A stretch of DNA of 64,000 nucleotides from assembly GCA_963714685.1 (NCBI GenBank), contig CAVQPH010000015.1, positions 46,513 through 110,512 of the forward strand. The letters run 5' to 3'. The translations under genes and the position numbers were made by a program. The notes beneath the pieces were generated by a model. That model was not told the DNA's origin. It saw nothing but the letters and a program-made list of their open reading frames with translations, and did not search any database. The stretch comes from Pirellulaceae bacterium (GTDB taxonomy: Bacteria; Planctomycetota; Planctomycetia; Pirellulales; Pirellulaceae). Positions 1-10,828 of the stretch are shown piece after piece (position 1 is the first letter of the stretch; each line of letters opens with the position of its first letter).

Positions 1-59
1 TTGGTTGACACATCAGCGGAATGTGGCGATGCCGAAACATAAGTGGTCTCGTGTAAGAA

Positions 60-947
60 TCAGTTGCCGTTGCTCGGCAGGTCCTGCAGCGCCAGCCTGG
101 CTTGCTCGTGTCCCTGATCGGCCGCTCGCCGATACCAATCCCGGGCCTGTTCGACGCTGAAACAGTCGTCAAGTGCGTATTGGTAAGACATTCCGACCAT
201 GTACTGGGCGTCGGCGTAGCCGTTTGCAGCGGCTTTGCGATACCACGGCATCGCCAGTCCAAAATTTTGATCGACTCCCTGACCAAACGCGAACCGCGTA
301 GCCAATTCAAATTGCGAGGCGACATGGCCCTGCTCCGCGGCCTTTCGAAACCACTCGACCGCACCGATCGGGTCGTGGGGGACGCCATTGCCTTCCAATT
401 TACGCCGGGCCAACTCATGCATTGCGTCAACTTGATTGGCATCGATCCGACGCGATAACTCCGCAAACTCGGACTCTGAAATCGGTTCGGCGGGAATTGG
501 GGTTTTGGTCCGGGCCAGTGATTCAATTGCCGACTCCCGGTCTTCAAACAAATCGATGACTTCATCGGCGCGGACCATTCGCAGGATTTTGAGATTCCTG
601 GGGGATAAGTTGCAAAGAGCCAGGGAGATCTGTCTTTGTTCGCATTTTTTCTTGAGCATGATGAGTTGGCCGATCGTATCGGACGACACAAACTCGACAC
701 TGCGAAAGTCGATTAACAGTCGCCAGATATTTGCCGTATCGACAATGAAATCCAAACGATGGCGGATTTGGTTTCGGGCATCTTGATCGCGAAAGTCACG
801 GTCGCTCAACCGAACAATCAACAAGCCCTGAAGTTTTTCCTTCATCGCCATCGAAAACCTGATTCGAATAGAGTTTTGTGCGATTGGGGAGTCACGCAGC
901 AACGCAGAATAGGCCGTCGAGTATACATGTTGCCGGGCCGGAATCAA
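60..947 (-). CDS. STAS (anti-sigma factor antagonist) domain fused to Sel1-like repeats
   Basis: [20 protein letters not shown]...LCNLSP is a STAS signature. The C-terminus has Sel1 repeats ([43 protein letters not shown]). The true start may be downstream at MAMKEK. Confidence 0.8.
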   Translation of the reverse strand: MIPARQHVYSTAYSALLRDSPIAQNSIRIRFSMAMKEKLQGLLIVRLSDRDFRDQDARNQIRHRLDFIVDTANIWRLLIDFRSVEFVSSDTIGQLIMLKKKCEQRQISLALCNLSPRNLKILRMVRADEVIDLFEDRESAIESLARTKTPIPAEPISESEFAELSRRIDANQVDAMHELARRKLEGNGVPHDPIGAVEWFRKAAEQGHVASQFELATRFAFGQGVDQNFGLAMPWYRKAAANGYADAQYMVGMSYQYALDDCFSVEQARDWYRRAADQGHEQARLALQDLPSNGN

Positions 948-2138
948 TCAGTGATTTCAATTGCCAACATTGATAGATCATCTTTCAATGCATTCGTTCC
1001 CCGCCAAGCGTCGATCTTCAACATCGCCTGAGCCACACTGTCATTGATCGGCAGCGAAACGGTGCTGGTCAGCGATTCGAGCAGCCTGGCGTCTCCAAAT
1101 TCTTCATTTTGGCCATTTTCCGCATCGGTGATTCCGTCTGAGTAGATGCAAAGTCGGTCGCCGGGATTCATTCGCAGCGTTTTTTCTACGGTTGGAAGGT
1201 CTTTGTTCCAGCCCACCGGCACGCACGTGTTTTCGAGTAATCGGCAATGCCCGGTTTTGGAAATCAAGATGATGGGCGGATGACCGGCAGAAACGTAACT
1301 CAGTTCGCAGGTTTTGGTGTTCAGGACGCCATAAACAATGGTGAAATATTTTCCATTAAATTCCTCCATCGGGAATCGTCGATTGAGTTCGGAAACAACC
1401 CTTTGGGGTGAATTCACGACGCATTTGGAAGCATCACAGCGATCGGGTTGGACCACCAGGCTGTGTTCCGAGCGGTGCGGTGAGAGGATTTGATGAATCG
1501 TGACGGACAACAGCGCGGCGGCGACGCCGTGGCCGCTGACGTCAGCCACATAAAATCCGATTTGATCGTCATCCAGGCGAAACACATTCAGGTTGTCGCC
1601 AGCTGACGCTTCACACGGTCGGAAGCTCCAGGCAAACTTTGCCGCGCTGCTTTCAGGAAGCTGAGCCGGAAGCAGCGCCTGTTGCATTTTGGCGGCGGCG
1701 GCAAGATCCTGCTCCATCCGTTCTTTGGCGGCCAGCAGGGTGCGATTTTTGTCCTCCAGTTCGCGATGCAAGTGGATGATCCGCTCGCCTACCCGGATCC
1801 GCGCCCGCAGTTCATCGCGGTCAAAAGGTTTGCCCAGATAATCATCGGCGCCGGCGTCGAGACCGCTGACCAGATCGGATTTTTCATTACGTGCTGTCAG
1901 CAAGATAATATAGACATAGGGCGATCGATCGTGGCGCACGAATGCGCTGGACCAGTTCATGCCCGTCCATCTCTGGCATGTTCCAATCGCTGATCACCAA
2001 ATGAATCTCTTGCGTCCGGTACAGCTCCCATGCCTCGCGACCGTTTCGGGCCACCGCAACATTCAGGCCCCAATCGGAAAGGAATTTTACCAGCAAATGT
2101 CGCGTGATTTTTTCGTCTTCGGCAATCAGGATGTTCAT
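944..2138 (-). CDS. Response regulator receiver fused to PP2C/SpoIIE phosphatase (RsbU/RsbP-like); one frameshift near 1930
   Basis: Receiver MNILIAEDE...[12 protein letters not shown] is in the frame of ORF 1887-2318. It continues in ORF 944-1960 with LLTA...[10 protein letters not shown] and PP2C motifs [26 protein letters not shown] and DDLSML. Confidence 0.88.
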
Positions 2139-2163
2139 CGGCTGTACCGTGAAATTCTTGAAT

Positions 2164-2511
2164 CTATGGACTTTCCAAATCCAGCATTTGTTGGAGTTCC
2201 AGTTCGACAGCGTCCATTTGTGCAGCGAGGCTTTGGGAGAGTTTCGGGATCTCTTCCAGCGTTTGTTTGGCGGCAAGCTCCTGAATCTTTGCGGCTGTTT
2301 GGCAAGCCGATTCGGCAAGAAAATTTGCGAGCATGCCTTTCATGGAATGAGCCACTTTGCGCACCGCTTCCGCGTCTTCCGCTTTAATTGCGGCCTCCAT
2401 TTCGGCCTGCATTTCAGATTTTTCATCGGTGAACAGCTCAAAGACATCTCGCAATAATTCGAGATCGCCTTCCACGTGCTCGATCAAATCGTGTTGATTG
2501 ATGATCGCCAT
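2164..2511 (-). CDS. Hpt (histidine phosphotransfer) domain protein
   Basis: GDLELLRDVFELF...AHSMKG motif in a helical protein of about 115 aa, directly upstream of the receiver-phosphatase gene. Confidence 0.88.
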   Translation of the reverse strand: MAIINQHDLIEHVEGDLELLRDVFELFTDEKSEMQAEMEAAIKAEDAEAVRKVAHSMKGMLANFLAESACQTAAKIQELAAKQTLEEIPKLSQSLAAQMDAVELELQQMLDLESP

Positions 2512-2758
2512 TGGTTCTAAACAACCGTATTGAGACAAAAGGTCGCGATCGAGGGCCCCTTGCGGCGGTGGGATCCTGCCGTGGAAATGATCCTAGAGTA
2601 CTGCCAATACGGGGTCAACAAAATTCTCAAGCCCATCGCCCGTGTTGGTTGCCCATTCGATTTTGCCAGCCCGATCACCGTTTATTAGAATGCTTGGCAT
2701 TGACCAGCCAAATTCCGATTGGGATGGAACGACCACCTCGTGTGATCGGGGAGAAACC

Positions 2759-3354
2759 GTGAAGCGTTACAAAACCGTTGATGAATTCATCCGTTGTCAG
2801 GATCAATGGAGCGACCAGTTGCTCCGGCTTCGCGAGATACTTCTGGCGTCCGAATTAAAAGAGGCGGTCAAATGGGGTGCCCGACGTATACATTCGGCGG
2901 CAAAAATGTTGTCGGGATCGGCGCTTTTAAGTCGTATTTTGGGCTCTGGTTTTTCCAGGGGGCACTACTGACGGACCCCCAGAATGTGTTGGTGAATTGC
3001 CAGGAGGGTCGCACCAAGGCGATGCGCCAATGGAGGATGAACTCTGACAAGGAAATCAAACCGACAATCATTAAGGCCTATGTTGCCGAGGCAATCGAGA
3101 TGGTCAAGGCAGGCAAGGAGATCAAACCGGATCGTCGTCGTCCAGTTGTGATTCCGGACGAATTGAAAGCGGCGTTGTCCAGAAACAAGCAAGTTGATAG
3201 CCAATATCAGAAACTGACACTCGGTAAGCGACGTGAATACGCAGATTACATCGCCTCGGCGAAAAAAGCGGAGACGAAACAGCAGAGGCTCAAGAAGATT
3301 CTGCCGATGATTGCCAAGGGCGTGGGGCTGAACGACAAATACCGAACTGGCTGA
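2759..3354 (+). CDS. YdeI/OmpD-associated family protein (DUF1801 + OmdA-like); one frameshift near 2880
   Basis: The GTG-start frame reads ...LREILLASELKEAVKWG and continues in another frame as PTYTFGGKNVV...LWFFQGALLTD...LTLGKRREY...KGVGLNDKY. Confidence 0.8.
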
Positions 3355-3612
3355 TCTGGGTTGACTGGGCGATCGATCCAACTTGGTGAAAGCGCGCGGT
3401 TTCGCGATCTCGTTTGCCGGACAACCGGGTGCGATCGAGCCTGCGACAGGTGAACGCTTTCTGAATCTGAATCGCCAATAAGCGACCAGATCGGTTGTTT
3501 GGTCGTCCCAGCGAGGGCCAATTGGATCTGCACTCCCGACGATTGGATTTGACCGGTATACTCTACCGCAACCTAAAACAATGATTCTGATCTCAGGAAG
3601 TCTTGAATAGTC

Positions 3613-6113
3613 ATGTCTGCAACTGTTGATTCGTTGGAAAACTCTCAGAACGGTTTGATTGACTCGGAAGCCCTCGGCAGTTTTCAGGAAGAAATTCGCC
3701 GCCATCTGTGTTTTACGTTTGGGCGCCATGACCCGGATGTTAAAGCAGAATATCTGTATCGAGCGCTGGCCATTGCGGTCCGTGATCGGATGATTCCTGA
3801 TTGGTACCGTTCCCAGGTGGAGATGACCCAGCCGGGAACCCGTACGACCTACTATGTGTCGATGGAGTTTTTGATCGGCCGGTCCTTGGGGAACGCGGTG
3901 CAAAACCTCGATCTGCAACCGGAGATCGAGCAGGCCCTCAAAGCATACGGGGCCAAGCTGGAAGAGGTTGAAGAGCAGGAGCTCGACGCCGGGCTGGGCA
4001 ACGGCGGCCTCGGTCGACTGGCGGCCTGTTTCCTGGATAGCTGTGCCAATCTCGCAGCTTGCCCGTTGTCGGCTACGGCATTCGTTATCGAATACGGAAT
4101 GTTCTATCAGAAGATCGAAGACGGTCGGCAGATCGAGCATCCAGACCATTGGCTGCGCGACGGCAATCCGTGGGAGATCGAACGCGGTGAAGAGACCCGC
4201 CGAATCCCATTTTATGGTCGAACCGAACATGTTTACGACGCCGACGGTATCGACCACGCCCGCTGGGTCGACACCAACGACGTGTTGGCGATTCCGTTTG
4301 ACATGCCGATTCCGGGATACCGAAACGAAACGGTCAACACGCTGCGATTATGGAAAGCGTCGGCAACCGACGCGTTCGATCTTGGGCGAGTTCAATGCGG
4401 GCAGCTACCCCGAAGCGGTGGCGGCCAAGAACAACGCCGAACAGATCACGATGGTGTTGTATCCCAACGATTCCAGTGAGAACGGCAAAGAGCTGCGGCT
4501 GAAACAGCAGTATTTTCTGGTCTCGGCCAGTCTGCAGGATGTATTGACCTATTGGGTCAACCAGCACGGCGAAGACTTTACCGAATTTCGGCGAAACAGA
4601 ATTGTTTCCAGCTGAACGATACGCATCCGGCCTGCGCCGTTCCGGAATTGATGCGATTGCTGATGGACGAACATGGCTTGAGCTGGGATGCCGCGTGGAA
4701 GATCACCACCAGCTGCATGGCCTACACCAATCATACGCTGTTGCCGGAGGCTCTCGAGCGATGGTCGGTCCGGCTGTTCAGTCATCTGTTGCCGCGACTG
4801 CTGGAGATTATTTACGAAATCAACCGCCGTTTCTTGTTGGAGGTCGAGCAGAAATGGCCGGGCGATGTCGACAAGCAACGACGGATGTCGCTGATCGAAG
4901 AAGGCGACAATCCGCATGTGCGAATGGCCTACCTGGCGATCGTTGGCAGTTTTTCAGTCAACGGCGTGGCTCAACTGCATACCGAGCTGCTGAAGAACGG
5001 GTTGTTTTCCGATTTCAACGAATTGTGGCCGAACAAAATTCAACAACAAAACCAACGGGGTGACTCAACGTCGCTGGTTAGCTCATTGCAATCCGAAACT
5101 GCGCGATTTGATCAACGAAGCGATCGGCACCGAATGGGAAACGGACCTGAGCCAGATCAGCCAGCTGAAACCGTTCGCGGACGACGCCGAGTTTCGCAAT
5201 CGCTGGGGACAGGTCAAACTGGAGAACAAACTCCGGCTGGCCCAATACGTCCAGAAGACATACCGGCGTTTCGTTTGTCGTCAATTCCATTTTTGATGTC
5301 CAGGTCAAACGGATTCACGAATACAAACGACAGTTGCTTGAATGTGCTGCATGTGATTCACCTGTACGACCGGATTCGTCGCGGCGAAATGGAAGGGCTG
5401 CATGCCCCGCAGCATCCTGATTGGTGGCAAAGCGGCACCCGGTTACCACGTCGCGAAAATTGATTGTCAAACTGATCAACGATGTCGCTCGGTCGATCAA
5501 GTCGGATCCAGCGTACAAACGATCTGCTGAAAGTGGTCTTTCTTCCCGAACTATCGTGTTTCGGCGATGGAAGTGATTTGCCCCGGTACGGAACTTTCCG
5601 AACAAATTTCGACGGCCGGGAAAGAAGCCTCGGGAACCGGGAACATGAAATTCATGATGAATGGAGCGCTGACCATCGGAACGCTCGACGGTGCCAATAT
5701 TGAAATTCGCGAACAGGCCGGAGCCGAGAATTTCTTCCTGTTCGGTTTGGATGAAGCCGGTGTGGTCGAACAAGAAGCAGAACTATCGACCCAACGAAAT
5801 CATCGCCGGCGATGACGATCTGCAGCGCGTGATGCAGCTGCTGGAAAGTGGTGCTTTTCAATCCGCGACGAACCCGGTGTGTTCGACATTCTGATCGCCG
5901 GCCTGCGGAATCCAGGCGACCAGTGGCTGACGATCGCCGATTTCCGCAGCTACGTCGATGCCCAAGCGAGGGTCAACGAGGCGTACCAGGATCAGGACCA
6001 CTGGAATCGGATGAGCATCATCAATACGGCGATGCAGCGGCAAGTTTTCCAGCGATCGGACGATCCGGGAATACGCCGATGAAATCTGGAAGATCCAACC
6101 AATTGGGGAATAA
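3613..6113 (+). CDS. glgP: Glycogen/starch phosphorylase with roughly ten frameshifts
   Basis: Motifs across frames: [71 protein letters not shown] site [26 protein letters not shown]. Ends [10 protein letters not shown]. Confidence 0.92.
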
Positions 6114-6354
6114 TTGAATTCTTGTCCCTTTAGTCACCTGTTTTGCTGGATCAGTTCGTGCAAAATAGCGTTTTCCATTTTGCCGCTCGAACCAATTGGG
6201 AAGTGCAAATGGAGAAGTGGTTTCGGTCGCCATTGGTTTGTCGGCAGCCGCAATGAATCTCAAGGGATTCGGCTTTGCCACCGGGGACCAGGGCGACAAC
6301 TGACGAAATGGACTGTCCTTTCGTCACACAGCATTCGGAGAACAGGAATCGTAA

Positions 6355-7746
6355 ATGGACGGTTGGACTTTGTTGCTTGCTGAGTCTGATGTAGTTGCGG
6401 GCGATGACTTTGATTTGACCAGAGTTTCCGTAATGATTCTGATTGCGTTCTTCCTGGTCGCGCTGAATGGATTTTTTGTGGCGGCCGAATTCGCGCTCGT
6501 AAAAGTTCGTCCCAGTCAGATTGACGAGATGATCACCGCCGGACAGCCGTTTGCCAAAACGGCGAAGTGGCTGGTGGATCGAATCGACCATTCGCTTTCA
6601 GCTTGCCAACTCGGGATCACGATGGCGTCTCTGGGGCTGGGTTACGTCGGAGAACCTGCCTTTGCAAAACTGGTCGAACCGGTCTTTCGCTGGCTGGGGA
6701 TGGAATCGGCTTACGCCGTCCACGTGATCGCATTCATTATTGCGTTCTCTTTTATTACCTCGCTGCACCTGGTCATCGGCGAACAGGCTCCCAAGATTTT
6801 TGCGATTCGCAAACCGGAGATCATGTCCCGTTGGTGCGCGTTGCCACTGAAGGTGTCTTACTATCTGCTGTATCCCTTCATGTTCGTGTTGAACGGTGCG
6901 ACGGAAGTCATTCTTGGCTGGTTGGGGCTCGGCGGCGGAACCGGTCACGGTACACCGCACAACGAAGAAGAGATTCGAGCGCTGTTGCGGGAGTCTCATG
7001 TCCATGGGCATTTAACCCGCTCCGAACATACGCTGCTCAATGCCGTCTTTGAATTTGATGATATGGTCTGCCGATTGGTCATGGTACCCCGTGGCGATGT
7101 GGTGATCATGGACGTCAACAGTTCGTTTACCTCGTCGTTGGAAATCGCCAAACAGACGAAACACACGAGATACCCCCTGTGTGACGGCTCGCTCGACAAC
7201 CTGCTCGGTGTCGTCCACATGAAAGACCTGTTAGGCGTCGATCCGAATGACGCCAAATTTGATTTGCGGACGATCATGCGTGACCCGGTGAAAGTCCCCG
7301 AGAATATGTCGATCAGCAAAGTCCTGCGGGAAATCCAGTCGACCCATCAACTGATGACGTTTGTTGTCGATGAATACGGAACGATCATCGGGATTGCGAC
7401 GCTGGAGAATCTGCTGGAAAAAATTATCGGGCCGGTGGACGACGAATTCGATAACGAAGAAGAACCGCTGATTACGCCGCTGTCCAACGGCCAGTTTATG
7501 GTGTTGGGGCAAACTCCGATTTCTCAAGTTGAACGGGTGTTGGACCTGAACCTCGACGATGATGATGCCGATACCGTTGCCGGTGTCTTGATGTCAAGGT
7601 CTGGCAAAATGCCCGAAGAAGGCGATCGGATCGTGTTTGACGGTGCGACCGCCGAGATCATTGTGGTGCAGAACGATCACGCCGAAAGAATCCGGTTCAC
7701 GCTCGATCATTCGCCGCTTGCCCCGCCCACGAAAACGGGCGAGTAA
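6355..7746 (+). CDS. Hemolysin-family CNNM/CBS/CorC_HlyC protein (probable Mg2+/Co2+ transport)
   Basis: NGFFVAAEFALVKVR, CQLGIT, IGEQAPK, a CBS pair (VVDEYG...ENLLEKIIG) and a C-terminal CorC domain. Confidence 0.92.
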   Translation: MDGWTLLLAESDVVAGDDFDLTRVSVMILIAFFLVALNGFFVAAEFALVKVRPSQIDEMITAGQPFAKTAKWLVDRIDHSLSACQLGITMASLGLGYVGEPAFAKLVEPVFRWLGMESAYAVHVIAFIIAFSFITSLHLVIGEQAPKIFAIRKPEIMSRWCALPLKVSYYLLYPFMFVLNGATEVILGWLGLGGGTGHGTPHNEEEIRALLRESHVHGHLTRSEHTLLNAVFEFDDMVCRLVMVPRGDVVIMDVNSSFTSSLEIAKQTKHTRYPLCDGSLDNLLGVVHMKDLLGVDPNDAKFDLRTIMRDPVKVPENMSISKVLREIQSTHQLMTFVVDEYGTIIGIATLENLLEKIIGPVDDEFDNEEEPLITPLSNGQFMVLGQTPISQVERVLDLNLDDDDADTVAGVLMSRSGKMPEEGDRIVFDGATAEIIVVQNDHAERIRFTLDHSPLAPPTKTGE

Positions 7747-7820
7747 AATTCTTTGCGGATTTCGCCGCCTGACACCGACGTTGATTTCCGTCAGCCGGTT
7801 TTGCTGAAAGACGTAGCGAG

Positions 7821-8799
7821 ATGAGGATTTTGGTTGTTACGCCGTTCAAGAAACGCTCCAGACGCGGAAATCGGATCACGGCCGACCGCATCGCCCGGAT
7901 CCTGAAACAACTTGGCCATCGCGTCGAGATTTCGACTGAGCTGGAACCTCGGCGATCCAACCGTGGACAAACAGGTCCCAGCCTCGATCTCTTGATCGCA
8001 CTCCACGCCGGGCGCAGTGCGGTGGCCGTCAAGGCGTTTCGAAATCAGTATCCCGACAAACCGGTGGTGGTGATGATTACCGGAACCGATATCCACCGAG
8101 ATATTGATCAAGGACCGGTCGTCGAGGCGACGTTGCAGCTTGCCGACCGGATTGTCTTGCTCGAACCAGAATGTCGCAAACGACTGGATGCGAAACTGGC
8201 AGACAAATCTGTCGTGATTTTTCAATCGGCGCAGCGTCTCGCACGACGGCCAGCTCCGCTGAAACGGTGTTTCGAAGTCTCCCTGGTCGGGCATTTGCGC
8301 GACGTGAAAGATCCCTTTCTGATCGTCGAAGCCACCCGCTGTTTACCGGAATCTTCGAGAATCAAAGTGGTTCATTTAGGCGAAGCCCTGACGTTGCCGA
8401 TGAAACGCCGTGCTGAACGAGAATCGTTGACCAATCCGCGATACCAGTGGCTGGGAGAGAAGCCGCATGGAGAGACCATCCGGCGAATCGCCCGTAGTCG
8501 ATTGACCGTATTGACCTCGCGGATCGAAGGTGCCCCCAGCGTGATTTCGGAAGCCATCGTCAACGACGTGCCGGTCCTCAGTACCCGTATCGACGCTTCG
8601 ATTGGGATGTTGGGCGGTGATTACCCAGGGTTGTTTCCCGTGGGGGATGCTTCAGCCCTGGCAGCGCTATTGTCATCCGCCGAATCCGATTCAGCGTTTT
8701 ACCAGCAACTTCGTCGGCACTGCCGACAGCAAGTCGCCCAAGTTCAAACCGCGAGCTGAAGCGATGGCCTGGAAACAGTTGTTGAACGAGTTCCAGTAG
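7821..8799 (+). CDS. senB: SenB-like (TIGR04348-type) glycosyltransferase, putative selenosugar synthase; frameshift in the last ~20 codons
   Basis: GNRITADR, IALHAGRSA, TGTDIHRDI, VGHLRDVKDP, SRIEGAPSVISEA and GMLGGDYPGLFPVGD match my recollection of the SenB family. The natural C-terminus KFKPRAEAMAWKQLLNEFQ* is in the adjacent frame. Confidence 0.72.
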
Positions 8800-9040
8800 T
8801 GGCCCAAGTCGTGGCCCGAAACTCGGGAGCTCCGCGTACAGAGGCTGTGGGCACGAGGGTGGTTCATCAGGTTTTGTTCGATCATGTCGCCGCATGTTCC
8901 TCAAAATTAACAGGATCTTGATTCAAATTTTGCAATGTGAGCCGATTTTGGCTATCCTGAACACGACAGTCCTGACAGCTTCACGATGCCGGTGTTGAAG
9001 GCCGGGATCCAGTTCGCTGATGACCAGAAAGGCTGATGGC

Positions 9041-9745
9041 ATGCCCCGAGAAACGCGAAGGCCCTTGAGCCAACTGCATCAGCGACTTTTGACGCTGTCC
9101 CAAAACGAACGTGGGATGGAAACGCTGCAGGTCGTGTTGATCCTGGCTGTCTCCTGTCTCATTCTCGCGCTGCTGGTTCGCGTAGGGGGTGACCTGGGCT
9201 ACCTGGCTGACGATGCCACAGACGAATTATTGAGATTCGGTATTGACGATGACCCGATCTCGGCGAGCGTGGGAAGCGCGGGCTCGTCAGCGACGGGTCC
9301 AAGGTCGGGAGGTGGCCGCAATTCAGGCGCCGCAGCATCCGGTCGAACCGGGTCTAACGCTGCCAATGGAAGTCGTGTTGGCGGCAATGGAACCAGTCGC
9401 GTTGAAGGTTCCGGGGCGGGAAGCAACGGCGCGGGCAGTCGGGGCGGCGGCGGTGAAAATGCCAACAATGGCGGCAGCGGTGCCGGGGGAAACGCGAGCG
9501 GTGATGGCCGCGATAACCGCCGCGCAGCATCCAGCGACGACCGTACGAATGGATCAAATTCCGGCCGCCTCGTGGGTGGCCGACGTGGGGGGCAAGACGG
9601 ATCCAGTCGCGGATTTAATGCGCAGCAGGAGCAACCCGTTGCCGTGGCTGGCGAGAAATCCGATCGCTGGTCGGTCCAATTTGTGCTGGCGATTCTGGCA
9701 GCGATCGTGCTGTTCGTGTTGGTGGCGCTCAATCGAATGCGTTGA
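9041..9745 (+). CDS. Flp/Tad-pilin-like N-terminus, Gly/Ser/Asn-rich linker and C-terminal TM helix
   Basis: QNERG|METLQVVLILAVSCLILALLV resembles a class III signal. It is followed by about 130 low-complexity residues, then WSVQFVLAILAAIVLFVLVALNRMR. Confidence 0.6.
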   Translation: MPRETRRPLSQLHQRLLTLSQNERGMETLQVVLILAVSCLILALLVRVGGDLGYLADDATDELLRFGIDDDPISASVGSAGSSATGPRSGGGRNSGAAASGRTGSNAANGSRVGGNGTSRVEGSGAGSNGAGSRGGGGENANNGGSGAGGNASGDGRDNRRAASSDDRTNGSNSGRLVGGRRGGQDGSSRGFNAQQEQPVAVAGEKSDRWSVQFVLAILAAIVLFVLVALNRMR

Positions 9746-9911
9746 GGATTTTCCGGCAGCGTTTGCGAGGGTTGGGGGGGAAAGGATTAGGTCGTCCGAG
9801 CTCACTCGGCAACGTTGACTCGCGAGCAACCCAACTGCGGTAACCGTTCGTGCTCAGAGACGGTTCGAACCGCTTAAGTTTTGGCCCGACCGATCAGAGC
9901 TGATTTTCGAA

Positions 9912-10649
9912 TTAACGATCGTCTTCTGGGAAAGGGAGATCGGTTCCTTCGATCGTGGCCAAGGCATTGGCAGCCGCCCGCTGTTCGGCTTGTTTTTTGT
10001 TGCGGCCCCAAGCCGGGGGAAAAGCTCGTTTGTCGATCTGGGCAGCGATTTTAAACCACTTGTCGTGGTCCGGTCCGCGATCATCGAGCAAGTTGTAATG
10101 CGGTGGTAAGCCAAATCGTTTCTGGGAATACTGTTGTAATTCGGATTTATAGTTGACCTCCAGCCCACCTTCAATCGCGGCGACGACATGGGTTTTAACT
10201 AACGGCAGCAGGAAGGCCTTGGTTCGATCCATACCGCCGTCGAGATAGATGGCTGCCACGATCGATTCAAACACGTTGGCCAACAGTGACATGGGAACTT
10301 TGCCGCTTTTACCAACGCCTTTGCCGACCACCAAAAATTCTTCGAGCCCCAGTTCCCGGGCCATGATGCAGCAAGTCTGGCGGCTGACAACATTGGATTT
10401 AATTTTCGTCAGGTCGCCTTCCAGCCAGTTCGGATAAGTTTGAAACAGGTACTCGCAGACGGTGAAACCGAGAATCGAGTCTCCCAGAAATTCAAGCCGT
10501 TCGTAGGAATCGAGCCGGGAATCCGCGACCGATGCATGGGTCAGCGCCTCGTACAGCCAGGTTTTGTCGGCAAACTCAAATCCCAACCTCGATTCGCAGC
10601 GGGCGAGGATGTCGAGTTGTTCATCGGTCAATGGTTCCGATGTATCCAT
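9912..10649 (-). CDS. rnc: Ribonuclease III
   Basis: ALTHAS, ERLEFLGDS, ANVFESIVAAIYLDGG and a dsRBD (NYKSELQ...KKQAEQRAA). Confidence 0.97.
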   Translation of the reverse strand: MDTSEPLTDEQLDILARCESRLGFEFADKTWLYEALTHASVADSRLDSYERLEFLGDSILGFTVCEYLFQTYPNWLEGDLTKIKSNVVSRQTCCIMARELGLEEFLVVGKGVGKSGKVPMSLLANVFESIVAAIYLDGGMDRTKAFLLPLVKTHVVAAIEGGLEVNYKSELQQYSQKRFGLPPHYNLLDDRGPDHDKWFKIAAQIDKRAFPPAWGRNKKQAEQRAAANALATIEGTDLPFPEDDR

Positions 10650-10828
10650 GATGGCTCGCGGGAATTCAGGGGGCGGTTTGGCGGATTCGGTAGTTTGGCG
10701 GATCTTTAAGACAGCGTGATATCAGGACCCGGCGCGTGGAACTGGGCGATTGGTGTTTGCAGTTGGCAATTGGCTGTTCCTTGTGCTGCCAGGCCGACGA
10801 CGTTGCTGGAACTTTCCAAGTTCCTCAA

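Noticed and set aside
2965-4257. 430-aa minus-strand ORF and other long antisense ORFs (22984-23925, 28983-29891, 44933-45898, 58082-58906)
   Set aside because: Antisense shadows of well-supported genes, with no recognisable motifs.
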